Assembly: GCA_050253075.1 (NCBI GenBank)
Contig: JBFWJS010000003.1
Coordinates: 117,458-181,457 of the forward strand
Origin: Deferribacterales bacterium
GTDB taxonomy: Bacteria > Chrysiogenota > Deferribacteres > Deferribacterales > Geovibrionaceae
Direction: 5' to 3'
Length of the DNA: 64,000 nucleotides
The translations under genes were made by a program, and so were the position numbers. Each line of letters starts with the position of its first letter. Position 1 is the stretch's first letter. The notes under the pieces are model-generated. The model made no database searches. It was not told the DNA's origin and was given only the letters and a program-made list of their open reading frames with translations. Shown here in pieces: positions 28,364 through 38,652 of this stretch.

Positions 28364-29488
28364 ATGAGTGATTTTAAATTTTATTCTCTGAATCTTGAAA
28401 AGTTCGGAGAAGACAATGACGTCCACAGACGGGTGTACATTATCCATTTCACCATGTCTCTCGGGATAATATTCCTTTTGTTTCTCGGCTCTGTAGCCCT
28501 TTATGAAAAGAATATACCGCTTGCTGTCACAGATTATCTGATAGCTCTTATGGTTATATTAAATCTGGTATATCTGCATAATACCAAGCGGATAGAGGTC
28601 TCTATACTGCTGGGTATAACTATGACCGCATGCTTCTTCTTCTGGCTTTTGATATACGGCGGGGTGGGGCGCACGGCATTTGTATGGTATTACACATTTC
28701 CTTTATATTCCGTATTTGTACTGGGGCCGAAGAGGGGGACTATAATGGCGGTGCTGCTGATAACGGCGGCTGTGATATTCTTTGCCGTTGATAAGCACTT
28801 TCCGACACTTGCCCAATATCCTATGGATTTTAAGATAAGGTTCGTTCCTTCATACCTCATCGTTGCGCTCTTTTCATATCTTTTGGAAAACTTCAGGGAC
28901 AGAACCCAGATAAAGCTCAAAACAGCATATGACACCATGGAGCTGAAAGTGCAGGAACGTACGGCAGAGCTTCAGGAAAAGAATGAACAGCTCCAGATAG
29001 TGTCTCAGACGGATGCCCTGACAGGGCTGAAAAACAGAATGAAGCTGGACGAGATGCTTCAGTATGAGATAGCCATGGCAGAAAGATACCCTGAGAGAAA
29101 GTTCTGCATTATACTGATGGATCTTGACCATTTCAAAAATGTAAACGATACGTACGGCCACATAGCGGGTGATCAGGTTCTGGTTAGGTTCGCCGCTGTA
29201 CTTAAAAAGAATACACGTTCCACAGACACGCTCGGCAGATGGGGCGGGGAAGAATTCCTTATGATATGCCCTTCTATGGATATAGATAATATCTATATGC
29301 TTGCCGAAAAGCTGCGTCGTGCCATCAGTGAAGAGGTCTTCCCTATCGTAGAGAGGCTCACTACCAGCGTCGGCGTAACTTGTTATAAAAAAGGCGATAA
29401 TATAAATTCTATTGTAAAACGTGCGGATAAGGCACTATATAAAGCTAAGGAAGAACGAAACATATGCTGTGTATGCAGCGAAGATTAA
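28364..29488 (+). CDS. Membrane-bound diguanylate cyclase
   Basis: About 5-6 TM; RSTD I-site; RWGGEEF. Confidence 0.9.
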   Translation: MSDFKFYSLNLEKFGEDNDVHRRVYIIHFTMSLGIIFLLFLGSVALYEKNIPLAVTDYLIALMVILNLVYLHNTKRIEVSILLGITMTACFFFWLLIYGGVGRTAFVWYYTFPLYSVFVLGPKRGTIMAVLLITAAVIFFAVDKHFPTLAQYPMDFKIRFVPSYLIVALFSYLLENFRDRTQIKLKTAYDTMELKVQERTAELQEKNEQLQIVSQTDALTGLKNRMKLDEMLQYEIAMAERYPERKFCIILMDLDHFKNVNDTYGHIAGDQVLVRFAAVLKKNTRSTDTLGRWGGEEFLMICPSMDIDNIYMLAEKLRRAISEEVFPIVERLTTSVGVTCYKKGDNINSIVKRADKALYKAKEERNICCVCSED

Positions 29489-29499
29489 AAAGGTAAAAG

Positions 29500-30177
29500 A
29501 TGACATATCCATACATTCTGCTTTCTCAGGACGTGAGGGTAGAGCCTGTGGTCAGACTCAAAGGCAAACCCCTACTTTTCAGCATCAATGCTCCTTTTGC
29601 TAAAAAAGCGATGGAGCTTCAGGGCGATTCTAAAGCTATAAACGACTGGTTCGACGGTATGATCAGCTCAGGCGGAGCCGAATGGGCTCTCGGGCCGTAT
29701 CTGGAAGACAGAGAGAGCATACTGTCAGTATATCCGCAGATGCGTGGCGAGGCGAGATACTTCCATCTGGGTATAGACATATGCGCTCCCGCAGGCATGC
29801 CTGTCTATACACCTCTGGACGGAGTGGTAGAGGAATCGGGCTATGAAGAGGGCGAGGGGAACTATGGCGGATATGCCGTGGTCAGATATGATCTGGCCGA
29901 TTGTGAACCTTTTTATATGATGTATGGACACATGAACAGGTCTTCACTTCCTTCTGCCGGCGAGGCTTTGAAGGCAGGCGAGCAGGTCGCTCTGATAGGT
30001 GATCTGCATGAGAACGGCGGATGGAACCATCACACCCACATACAGATAATCACAGAAAAGGGTAAGTCTGAGGGCTATTTCTTCAAAGGATACTGCAGTG
30101 CGGAAAAGCTGAAAGAGGTCGAGCTTCTCTGCCCGAACCCTATGCCTATCATCACGGCAGGTTTTCAGAATTTATAA
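29500..30177 (+). CDS. M23-family peptidase domain protein
   Basis: HLGID (HxxxD), YGH and HTH (HxH) zinc motifs; no signal peptide. Confidence 0.8.
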   Translation: MTYPYILLSQDVRVEPVVRLKGKPLLFSINAPFAKKAMELQGDSKAINDWFDGMISSGGAEWALGPYLEDRESILSVYPQMRGEARYFHLGIDICAPAGMPVYTPLDGVVEESGYEEGEGNYGGYAVVRYDLADCEPFYMMYGHMNRSSLPSAGEALKAGEQVALIGDLHENGGWNHHTHIQIITEKGKSEGYFFKGYCSAEKLKEVELLCPNPMPIITAGFQNL

Positions 30178-31083
30178 AACAGCCTGATTTGCGGCAGTTC
30201 TGTTACGTCCGCTCGATTTAGCTTTATAGAGTGCTTCGTCTGCGTCTTTTAACAGTTCTTCTGCAGTGTCAAAGAATTTCGAATCTGAAACGCCGAGGCT
30301 CACCGTTACCCGCAGGCTTATAGAGCCGTCTTCTATTACGGCTTCTTCTATCGCTTTACGCAGCCTCTCGGCCACCAGTTCGGCCTGATCCACGCTCTGG
30401 TTTATCAGCAGACACACGAATTCTTCACCGCCGTATCTGGCGAGGAAGTCCTCCGTGCGCAGTTTCTCCTTACACAGCTTTGCCACACGCTGAAGCACAA
30501 CGTCGCCCATCTGGTGTCCGTGTTCGTCATTTACCTTTTTGAAATGGTCTATGTCGAACATTATCACACCGAGTGACACGTCATCTCTTTTATGTCTCTG
30601 GAATTCTTCCTGCAGTCTGTGTTCGAATGTCCTGCGGTTATAAACGCCTGTAAGCCCGTCCACATAGCTCAGCTCTCTGAGGTGCTTTTCGAGTACGGCA
30701 TTTTCTGTCACGTCGTGGATGTTTATCATTATCCCTTCCACTTTCCCCGATTCGTTCTTTATGGGGATGAGGTAACAGCTCTGCTGCATATGCTCAAATA
30801 GTGTGGAGTACGAGCCCGCAAGCTGAAAAGGGAATAGGTATTTATGCAGTTTAGACGATAGGAATACGAGATTTCCAAAGGATAATACGCTCTTACACCC
30901 TCGTACAAAGCAGTTCCTGTTTAGCTCTGGGTATACGTCATAGATGTTTTTACCCATCACTTCTTCTGCGGATTTATCGCTGTAGATGTACATCCAGTTG
31001 TTCCAGTCGGTGATGTTCAGGTCGGTGTCGAGCATCACAATACCGATGTTTATGGAGTCGAGTACCTGTGCATAGCTGCTCAT
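30172..31083 (-). CDS. PAS-GGDEF diguanylate cyclase
   Basis: Start MSSYAQ overlaps the stop of the cheC-like gene; RTED...RYGGEEF. Confidence 0.9.
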   Translation of the reverse strand: MSSYAQVLDSINIGIVMLDTDLNITDWNNWMYIYSDKSAEEVMGKNIYDVYPELNRNCFVRGCKSVLSFGNLVFLSSKLHKYLFPFQLAGSYSTLFEHMQQSCYLIPIKNESGKVEGIMINIHDVTENAVLEKHLRELSYVDGLTGVYNRRTFEHRLQEEFQRHKRDDVSLGVIMFDIDHFKKVNDEHGHQMGDVVLQRVAKLCKEKLRTEDFLARYGGEEFVCLLINQSVDQAELVAERLRKAIEEAVIEDGSISLRVTVSLGVSDSKFFDTAEELLKDADEALYKAKSSGRNRTAANQAVL

Positions 31084-31712
31084 TGGTAGCTCTCCATGAA
31101 TTCGGCGAGTGCCTTTTTCAGAGGAGCCACGGACTCTTCGCAGTTTACAAGGAAGAGGTAGCCCTGCACACATTTTTCGCTGAGGCAGAAGCTGGTTTCA
31201 AGCATGATTGCGAAATCTTCGCTTTTGAATCTGCCCTTGAACACGCTCTCCTCAAACTTCAGCCCGATGGATGTGTGTGGCGGTGTGTATACCACGGGTG
31301 TTTTCAGCAGGTCGAATATCTTGCTGACGCAGGCGCCTATGAGGATGTTTCCCACCTCGGAGAGAACCTCCCTCTGGATGTCGATGAACATGCCGTCGGT
31401 CTCTGACTCGTCCATGTGAAAGAGCGAGATGAACTCTCTCTCTGTACCGTATGGAAAGATGAGATAGGCGACGCCGTTGCTCGCACCCTTATATGCCTGT
31501 TCTATGATGTTGAATTTTAGTAGTTTATTAGTGTTTTCAGATATAGCAGAGGGGAGCTTCTGTACGCTGACAGTCTCCAGCTTTGGGAAGCTGAGCATGA
31601 CAGATACGTCGATGACCTCCGCAAGTTCTGCGGCAGCCTGTCCAAAGGCTATGTTCATAAGTTCCTGAAGAACATCAGTCTCTTCTGCAGAGAAAAATGC
31701 CTTATCGCTCAT
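31080..31712 (-). CDS. CheC-like phosphatase
   Basis: Two ExxN motifs (DVLQELMNIAFG, EVLSEVGNILIG). Confidence 0.85.
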   Translation of the reverse strand: MSDKAFFSAEETDVLQELMNIAFGQAAAELAEVIDVSVMLSFPKLETVSVQKLPSAISENTNKLLKFNIIEQAYKGASNGVAYLIFPYGTEREFISLFHMDESETDGMFIDIQREVLSEVGNILIGACVSKIFDLLKTPVVYTPPHTSIGLKFEESVFKGRFKSEDFAIMLETSFCLSEKCVQGYLFLVNCEESVAPLKKALAEFMESYQ

Positions 31713-31715
31713 CTC

Positions 31716-32093
31716 CTACCCCTTTTTCGATTTGATAAAATCAGCTAATTCATAAACCGCATTGGTTATTGTTTCTTTCGTAGGCGGTTTCTTAAGAAAT
31801 TTATACGCACCGAGGGACATTACAGTTTCGTGTGTTTTTTTCTGTATGTCGGCAGTCAGCACATAGACTATGGCTTTGTTGTCTATCTGTTTCAGCTTTT
31901 CCAGTGCTTCCACACCGTCCATGACAGGCATGGTAAGGTCGAGAAAGACAAGGTCGGGCTGGTATTCGGGATATGTCTCTACACATTCTAGCCCGTTCAC
32001 GCACTCCCTGATCTCGAACTCGATGTCGTCGGGAAGGCTTCTGATAAGGAATTTACGTGCAATGGCAGAATCATCAACAACAAGTATTTTCAT
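31716..32093 (-). CDS. Single-domain response regulator (CheY-like)
   Basis: ILVVDD, FLDLTMP, LTAD, LKKP. Confidence 0.9.
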   Translation of the reverse strand: MKILVVDDSAIARKFLIRSLPDDIEFEIRECVNGLECVETYPEYQPDLVFLDLTMPVMDGVEALEKLKQIDNKAIVYVLTADIQKKTHETVMSLGAYKFLKKPPTKETITNAVYELADFIKSKKG

Positions 32094-32294
32094 AAAAATA
32101 GTCTCGCTTAAAATCAATAAAATATGTGTGTTAGTAAATATTACATAATTAGTCCGTTTTATGCAAGATATACTAATTTACCTAGTGAATTTTATAAGTT
32201 TTTTTCAATGACATCCACCCCCATTTCTGGTATAAGAAAAGCTCCAAAAAGATTGCAAATACAAGAAACTATCAATATAAAAAAGGTGCTTTTT

Positions 32295-32528
32295 ATGAAG
32301 GTTAAAGTTTTCGTAAAGCTGAAAGACGGCGTTCTCGACCCTCAGGGTCAGACAATCCTCGGTTCCATAGGCAGAATGGGCTATGATTTTGCCACTGACG
32401 TACGTGTCGGAAAATTCTTTGAAATAGAAGTAAACGACAAATCCTGCGAGAAAGAGCTGGAAAAGATTTCGGCTGATCTCCTCTCCAACCCTATTATCGA
32501 AGAATATTCGATAGAGTTCGTGGATTAA
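32295..32528 (+). CDS. purS: FGAM synthase subunit PurS
   Basis: VLDPQG, VRVGK, LLSNPIIE. Confidence 0.93.
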   Translation: MKVKVFVKLKDGVLDPQGQTILGSIGRMGYDFATDVRVGKFFEIEVNDKSCEKELEKISADLLSNPIIEEYSIEFVD

Positions 32529-32531
32529 GAT

Positions 32532-33230
32532 ATGAAAGCTGGTGTTGTAGTATTTCCCGGTTCAAACTGTGACCACGACTGCTATCACGTTTTAAAGCAT
32601 GTTATGGGCGTGGAAACTGTTTTCCTCTGGCATAAGGACACAGACCTTCAGGGTGTGGACCTTGTAGTATTCCCCGGCGGTTTCTCTTATGGAGATTACC
32701 TCCGCAGCGGCGCAATCGCAAAATTCAGCCCCATCGTGAACGAGGTTAAAAACTTCGCCGGCAAAGGCGGACATGTGCTCGGCATATGCAACGGCTTTCA
32801 GGTGCTGACAGAAGCCGGGCTCCTCCCCGGTGCTCTGATGCGTAACCGCGATCTTAAATTCATCTGCAAATACGTTAACCTTCGTGTCGATAATTCCGAC
32901 ACACCGTTCTCCCGTATGTATGCATCAGGCGAAGTTGTCGGCATACCTGTGGCACATATGGACGGTAACTACTACATAGATCCAGACGGTCTGAAAAGAC
33001 TCGAGGACAACGGCCAGGTCGTCTTCCGCTATTGCGACGAGAACGGCGAGGTCATAGATTCCACTAACCTTAACGGATCGCTCAATAACATCGCAGGTAT
33101 CGTGAACGAGGCGGGCAACGTCATGGGTATGATGCCTCACCCTGAGAGATGCGCAGAGGGCATGATGGAGACCAGAGACGGATACTTCCTCTTTGAGTCC
33201 ATCCTGAAAGCTATCGGAGGTGCTGCATGA
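32532..33230 (+). CDS. purQ: FGAM synthase glutaminase subunit
   Basis: [29 protein letters not shown]. Confidence 0.96.
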   Translation: MKAGVVVFPGSNCDHDCYHVLKHVMGVETVFLWHKDTDLQGVDLVVFPGGFSYGDYLRSGAIAKFSPIVNEVKNFAGKGGHVLGICNGFQVLTEAGLLPGALMRNRDLKFICKYVNLRVDNSDTPFSRMYASGEVVGIPVAHMDGNYYIDPDGLKRLEDNGQVVFRYCDENGEVIDSTNLNGSLNNIAGIVNEAGNVMGMMPHPERCAEGMMETRDGYFLFESILKAIGGAA

Positions 33231-35458
33231 GCGTATACGACAGCTTTAACTACCCGGAGGTAACATTCCCCGTAGCGAAAGAGATGGGGCTCTCCGAAGC
33301 CGAGTTTGAGAGCGTTAAAGAGCTCCTCGGCAGAACACCGAACTATATCGAACTCGGCATCATCTCATCCATGTATTCCGAGCACTGTTCATACAAGTCA
33401 AGCCGTGTGCACCTTGCCAAATTCCCTACGGAAGCTCCGTGGGTGGTACAGGGGCCGGGCGAAAACGCAGGGGTTATCTCCGTCAATGACGAAGGTCTCT
33501 GTGTATGCTTTAAGGTGGAGTCACACAACCACCCTTCATTCATTGAGCCGTTTCAGGGCGCTGCCACAGGTGTGGGCGGTATCCTCAGAGACGTGTTCAC
33601 AATGGGCGCACGCCCAGTAGCCGCTATGAACTCTCTTCGCTTCGGCAGCCTTGAGAGCGCAAAGAACAGATACATCTTCGAAGGTGTGGTGGAAGGTATT
33701 TCCCACTACGGTAACTGCTTCGGTGTACCTACTGTCGGCGGTGAAGTTTACTTTAACGACTGCTACGCAGGCAACCCGCTGGTGAATGCTTTCGCCCTCG
33801 GTGTCGTGCAGAAAGATAAGATTTTCCTCGCTAAAGCAGAAGGAAAGGGGAACCCTGTGATATACGTCGGTGCCAAGACAGGACGTGACGGTATTCACGG
33901 TGCTACTATGGCCTCTGCCGAATTTGATGAAAACAGCGAGGCAAAGAGACCAAACGTACAGATAGGCGACCCGTTCAAGGAGAAACTGCTCCTCGAGGCT
34001 TGTCTGGAGCTGATGAAGACAGACTACATCGTAGGTATTCAGGATATGGGTGCTGCGGGTCTGACCAGCTCATCATTTGAAATGGCGTCCAACTCGGGCT
34101 CAGGCGTAAGGCTTGACCTCGACAACGTGCCTATACGTGAAAAGAACATGACCCCTTACGAAATCATGCTTTCCGAGTCTCAGGAGCGTATGCTCATGGT
34201 GGCTAAGAAGGGCTATGAAGATAAGGTTAAAGAAATATTCGAAAAGTGGGACCTAGATGCATCCGTTATCGGTGAAGTTACAGACGACGGATACGTAAGG
34301 CTCACATGGGCAGGCGAAGAAGTTGCCGCACTTGAGGCTGCTCCCCTCGCTAACGAAGCTCCGAAGTATAAGCGTCCATACGCAAGACCTGCTTATCAGG
34401 ACGAACTCCAGAAGGAAGTCGAGGTTGAAGAACCTTCCGACCTTCAGGATGTTCTGGTAAAACTCCTTGCGAATCCGACCATAGCTTCCAAACGCTGGGT
34501 ATGGGAACAGTACGACCACATGGTACGTGTGGGCACAGTACAGCTCCCCGGATGTGACGCAGCGGTTATCAGGCTGAACGAAGGGGAGAACGGCGTAGCC
34601 ATCTCCAGCGACTGTAACAGCAGATACTGCTACCTCAACCCATACGAAGGCGGTAAGGCCGCCATCGCAGAATCAGCGAGAAACGTCGCTGTCAGCGGTG
34701 CGAGACCACGTGCTTTCACTAACTGTCTGAACTTTGGAAACCCTGAGAAAGAAGACATCATGTGGCAGTTCGCTACGGCTATCGACGGTATCTCCGAAGC
34801 TGCTAAAGCTCTCGAGACACCTGTTGTCAGCGGTAACGTGTCACTTTACAATGAAACAGAAGGAACACCTATCCACCCGACACCGACGATAGTAATGGTC
34901 GGCGTTATAGATGATGTGAACAAGCGCATCGGCTCTTACTTCAAAGAGTCAGGCAGCATGGTTTACCTGCTCGGCGAATGCGACGGACACATCGGCGGTT
35001 CCGAATATCTCGCATCTATCCACGGCAAAGAGCTCGGCGACGCTCCGAAGGTTGACCTCGAGCGTGAGAAGGGCATCATCGACTTTATGTGTGATGCTGC
35101 AGAGGCTGGCCTCGTAAATGCTGCCCACGACGTGTCCGAAGGCGGACTTGCCGTAGCTGTCACAGAGATGACATTCGGCTCAGACTGCATCGGCGTGGAT
35201 ATAAAGCTGGAAAACGACATCCGCAGCGACAAGCTCCTCTTTGGTGAAAACCACGGAAGGGTCGTGCTCGAAGTTTCGAACGCAGACTCGAGAGAGGTTG
35301 AAAAACTTGCGGAAAAGTATAACTTACCAATCAGCAGAATAGGCCGTACATGCGGCGACACAATAGTAATATCTGCAGGCAGAGCGAAAGTCATAAGCAT
35401 GCCTGTGAAAGATGCTGAGGCTATATGGAAGAACAGCATCGGGGAAAAAATGAAATGA
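33227..35458 (+). CDS. purL: FGAM synthase synthetase subunit
   Basis: [28 protein letters not shown]. Confidence 0.96.
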   Translation: MSVYDSFNYPEVTFPVAKEMGLSEAEFESVKELLGRTPNYIELGIISSMYSEHCSYKSSRVHLAKFPTEAPWVVQGPGENAGVISVNDEGLCVCFKVESHNHPSFIEPFQGAATGVGGILRDVFTMGARPVAAMNSLRFGSLESAKNRYIFEGVVEGISHYGNCFGVPTVGGEVYFNDCYAGNPLVNAFALGVVQKDKIFLAKAEGKGNPVIYVGAKTGRDGIHGATMASAEFDENSEAKRPNVQIGDPFKEKLLLEACLELMKTDYIVGIQDMGAAGLTSSSFEMASNSGSGVRLDLDNVPIREKNMTPYEIMLSESQERMLMVAKKGYEDKVKEIFEKWDLDASVIGEVTDDGYVRLTWAGEEVAALEAAPLANEAPKYKRPYARPAYQDELQKEVEVEEPSDLQDVLVKLLANPTIASKRWVWEQYDHMVRVGTVQLPGCDAAVIRLNEGENGVAISSDCNSRYCYLNPYEGGKAAIAESARNVAVSGARPRAFTNCLNFGNPEKEDIMWQFATAIDGISEAAKALETPVVSGNVSLYNETEGTPIHPTPTIVMVGVIDDVNKRIGSYFKESGSMVYLLGECDGHIGGSEYLASIHGKELGDAPKVDLEREKGIIDFMCDAAEAGLVNAAHDVSEGGLAVAVTEMTFGSDCIGVDIKLENDIRSDKLLFGENHGRVVLEVSNADSREVEKLAEKYNLPISRIGRTCGDTIVISAGRAKVISMPVKDAEAIWKNSIGEKMK

Positions 35459-36822
35459 TTTTTGATAAGTTTCACGAAGAATGCGGTGTAGCGGGGGTTT
35501 ACGCTAATGAAGACGCTGCAAACCTTGTGTACCTTTCTCTCTATGCCCTTCAGCACAGAGGACAGGAAGGTGCGGGGATAGCAGTCAGCAACCGCAGTGA
35601 GATAGCTACAGAAAAAGGGATGGGGCTCGTGGCGGACATCTTCTCTCAGGAGAAGCTGGACAGGCTCACAGGCGACATCGCTATCGGGCATAACAGATAC
35701 AGCACAACCGGTATATCCGAGGTGCAGAATACTCAGCCAATTACAGTTACCATCAACGTAGGTGCGATATCTCTCGCCCACAACGGTAACATCGTGAATG
35801 CAGACGAGATAAAAGCGGAGCTGGTTAAGCAGGGTGCGATATTTAACTCTACATCAGATACAGAGGTCATCGTGCACCTCATCGCAAAGAGCAAAAAAGA
35901 CAACCTTTTCGACTCTATCGTCTATGCGCTTTCACAGCTAAAGGGTGCTTTCTCCCTTCTTATCATGACAAACGACAAGCTGATCGGCGTGCGTGACCCT
36001 ATGGGTATGCGTCCGCTCGTCCTCGGAAAGCTGAAGAGCGGATACATCCTCGCTTCTGAAAGCTGTGCACTCGACCTCATCGAAGCCACAATGGTGAGAG
36101 AGATCGAGCCGGGCGAGATGATCATCATCGACGATAACGGCATGAAGTCAGTATTCCCATTCGAAAAAACAGCACCGAAACAGTGCGTTTTTGAGCATAT
36201 ATATTTCGCCAGACCCGATTCATTCATCTTCGGCAACAGTGTTTATAACGTGCGTAAGCGCATGGGCTATAAGCTCGCCGAGGAGGACGATATCGAGGCT
36301 GATGTTGTTATCCCTGTGCCCGACTCGGGCGTGGTGGCAACACTCGGCTATGCCGAAAAGAGCGGAATACCCTTCCAGATGGGACTTATGAGAAACCATT
36401 ACGTGGGCAGAACCTTCATCGAGCCGAGCCAGTCTATCAGACACTTCGGCGTGAAGATAAAGCTGAACCCTGTTAGGGAAGTGATCGAAGGGAAGAGGGT
36501 TGTCGTGGTGGATGACTCCATCGTCAGAGGAACCACCAGCCGTAAGATAGTGAAAATGCTGAGAGAGGCGGGCGCTAAAGAAGTGCACATGCGCATAAGC
36601 AGCCCTCCGACAGCTTACCCTTGTTTCTACGGTATCGACACACCGACCAGAAAAGAACTTATCGCCTCCACACACACAATAGAGGAGACGAGAAAATACA
36701 TTACTGCGGATAGTCTAAACTATCTGAGTATCGAAGGTCTGATGGAATGTGTGCAGAGCAATAACTATTGCCAGGCATGTTTCACCGGGGAATACCCGAC
36801 CATCCATCATAACGGTGATTAA
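35455..36822 (+). CDS. purF: Amidophosphoribosyltransferase
   Basis: Propeptide ...[20 protein letters not shown]; Fe-S cysteines (CxxC near the C-terminus). Confidence 0.96.
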   Translation: MIFDKFHEECGVAGVYANEDAANLVYLSLYALQHRGQEGAGIAVSNRSEIATEKGMGLVADIFSQEKLDRLTGDIAIGHNRYSTTGISEVQNTQPITVTINVGAISLAHNGNIVNADEIKAELVKQGAIFNSTSDTEVIVHLIAKSKKDNLFDSIVYALSQLKGAFSLLIMTNDKLIGVRDPMGMRPLVLGKLKSGYILASESCALDLIEATMVREIEPGEMIIIDDNGMKSVFPFEKTAPKQCVFEHIYFARPDSFIFGNSVYNVRKRMGYKLAEEDDIEADVVIPVPDSGVVATLGYAEKSGIPFQMGLMRNHYVGRTFIEPSQSIRHFGVKIKLNPVREVIEGKRVVVVDDSIVRGTTSRKIVKMLREAGAKEVHMRISSPPTAYPCFYGIDTPTRKELIASTHTIEETRKYITADSLNYLSIEGLMECVQSNNYCQACFTGEYPTIHHNGD

Positions 36823-36834
36823 CAGGAGCAGCAT

Positions 36835-37194
36835 ATGGCTGATGTGATTGTTGTCAGAATGTTCGGCAGCAGCATGGAATTTGTTTCCGGCTGAAGCCCT
36901 TCATATTTCCCCTCGGGCTGTGGGGTAAAAGATGATCCTTACGAAGAGCTCTCTTATAAGACCGACGCACTCCTTACCACTGAGTTTGGTAAGGACAATG
37001 TCGACTTTAAGTATATAGATGTCTCTTCACCTGAAATACTAGATTATATCAACGATGTTACCAATATCGTTGAAGGCAGACTGCCTTTCCCTTATATCTC
37101 TTTGAACGACAAGCCTTTGTGCTGGGGGCTCATGGAGCCGCAGGAGATAATGGGCAAGATAAAAGATAAGCTCGACGGCGGGGCGGAAGCGTAA
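36835..37194 (+). CDS. Putative selenoprotein, thioredoxin-like (YuzD/DUF1462-like) fold, 119 aa, TGA at codon 20
   Basis: AGGAG RBS; MADVIVVRMFGSSMEFVSG-TGA-SPSYFPSGCG... stays open for 99 more codons (FKYIDV, LPFPYISLND); SECIS-like hairpin at 36901-36935. Absent from the ORF track. Confidence 0.7.
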
Positions 37195-37276
37195 CATTGT
37201 AAGTTAGTTTTGCACATATGGCGAAATATTGTATAATGGGTAATACAGTGATTATTACTTATTATGTGGTGCTTAC

Positions 37277-38386
37277 ATGATGGATACACAATACGCTCCG
37301 GCCGAAAGAGATGCCGATGATATGATTTGGGCGCAATACGGTAAGTTTTGTGCCAGTCCCGTGCTGAACAATTTTCTAAGTAAGATTGATCAGTACATCA
37401 TCGTCCTGAATAAACGCAGACAGATCATATTTGCGAATGCTTCATTCCTTGCCGATATGGGGGTTTCCGATGTTTACGATGCTCTTGGCAAGCGTATCGG
37501 AGAGCTTCTCGACTGTCGCTTTGCCTGGTGTGTCGCAGGATGCGGAACATCTGAGTTCTGCATGGAGTGCGGTGCCGTCCGCTCTATCCTGGAGTCTCAG
37601 AACGGCATGGATAACGTCAGGGAATGCATCATTCTCACCAAAAATTCCAAAACACTCGAGCTGGGCGTATCCAGTAAAAGGATACATATCGCCGGCGAAG
37701 ATTACACGCTTTTCAGCATTACGGACCTTTCGGAAAGGAAGAATCTGAAAGCTATCGAAGACATCTTTTTCCACGATATATCGAATCTGGCTACCAGTAT
37801 GCATTCCATGATACACCTGCTGCACGATGAGCGTATCCTTGATAAGCAGAAGATACAGGCACAGCTTGTCCGCAGCTCCGAGGAACTCCTCAGCGAGCTG
37901 AATTCTCATAAACTGCTGAAATCTGCAGAGAAGAACGAGCTAGCCGTTGATATGGGCACTTACAGCTCTATCACTATTATGGAGCGTGCCATCGGGCTGG
38001 TGGAGAGGCTGCAGTCCTCCAGAGGAAACATACTGTACATCCACCACAACAGTGCAGAGTTCGATATTAAAACAGATATAAATCTCATTAACAGAGTCCT
38101 TATAAACATGCTTACCAACGCACTGGAAGCCTCATCCTTTGGGGAGAAGGTGACCATCGGCTCAGAGATACTGGGCGAGAACAAGATATTCTGGGTGCAC
38201 AACAGCTCTTACATGAGCCCTGCTATACAGGCAAAGATATTCCGCACTAATTTCAGCACGAAAAAGAGAGGGTCGGGATACGGCACAAGCAGCATAAGGC
38301 TCATAACGGAAAATTATCTGGGCGGGCGGGTGAGCTTCAGCTCGGATAAAGACAACGGAACAGTTTTCAGGATAATATTGAAATAA
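37277..38386 (+). CDS. Cytoplasmic sensor histidine kinase with Cys-rich PAS-like domain
   Basis: LLDCRFAWCVAGCGTSEFCMECG; FFHDISN H-box; NMLTNALEA; GSGYG. Confidence 0.85.
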   Translation: MMDTQYAPAERDADDMIWAQYGKFCASPVLNNFLSKIDQYIIVLNKRRQIIFANASFLADMGVSDVYDALGKRIGELLDCRFAWCVAGCGTSEFCMECGAVRSILESQNGMDNVRECIILTKNSKTLELGVSSKRIHIAGEDYTLFSITDLSERKNLKAIEDIFFHDISNLATSMHSMIHLLHDERILDKQKIQAQLVRSSEELLSELNSHKLLKSAEKNELAVDMGTYSSITIMERAIGLVERLQSSRGNILYIHHNSAEFDIKTDINLINRVLINMLTNALEASSFGEKVTIGSEILGENKIFWVHNSSYMSPAIQAKIFRTNFSTKKRGSGYGTSSIRLITENYLGGRVSFSSDKDNGTVFRIILK

Positions 38387-38395
38387 TGATTCTGA

Positions 38396-38639
38396 TCAGA
38401 TCTTTCGGCTGAACCCTCAGGATGACAGTAGAATATGATATTGAAATAACAAAGGGAGCCTTTCGGGTAAGGGACTTAAAAGATTTGTTACAGAATCTCT
38501 AAAACAAATATAACTACGTCATTCTGAGCGTAGTGAAGAATCTGATACCATTAGAGGATCCACGTGTTCAGATCCTTCGGCTTAAACCTCAGGATGACAC
38601 TAGAATATGATATTGGAATAAAAAAAGGGAGCCTTTCGG
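38396..38639. repeat. ~71-bp imperfect direct repeat (38396-38466 and 38568-38639) containing a REP-like palindromic element
   Basis: TCAGATC.TTCGGCT.AA.CCTCAGGATGACA.TAGAATATGATATTG.AATAA.AAAGGGAGCCTTTCGG occurs twice; GTCATTCTGAG (38518) and CTCAGGATGAC (ends 38598) form inverted ends. Confidence 0.85.
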
Positions 38640-38647
38640 CTCCCTTT
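38620..38647 (-). terminator. Intrinsic terminator after ppiD (probably bidirectional)
   Basis: AAAGGGAGCC-TTTC-GGCTCCCTTT. Confidence 0.85.
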
Positions 38648-38652
38648 GTCGT

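Noticed and set aside
32124..32294. N-terminal extension of purS or a purine riboswitch
   Set aside because: PurS homology starts at ATG 32295; the upstream region is AT-rich with no recognisable aptamer.
34963..35781. 272-aa minus-strand ORF
   Set aside because: Antisense to purL/purF.
38396..38639. Possible mini CRISPR array
   Set aside because: Only two ~71-bp imperfect copies, which include terminator sequence; no cas genes.
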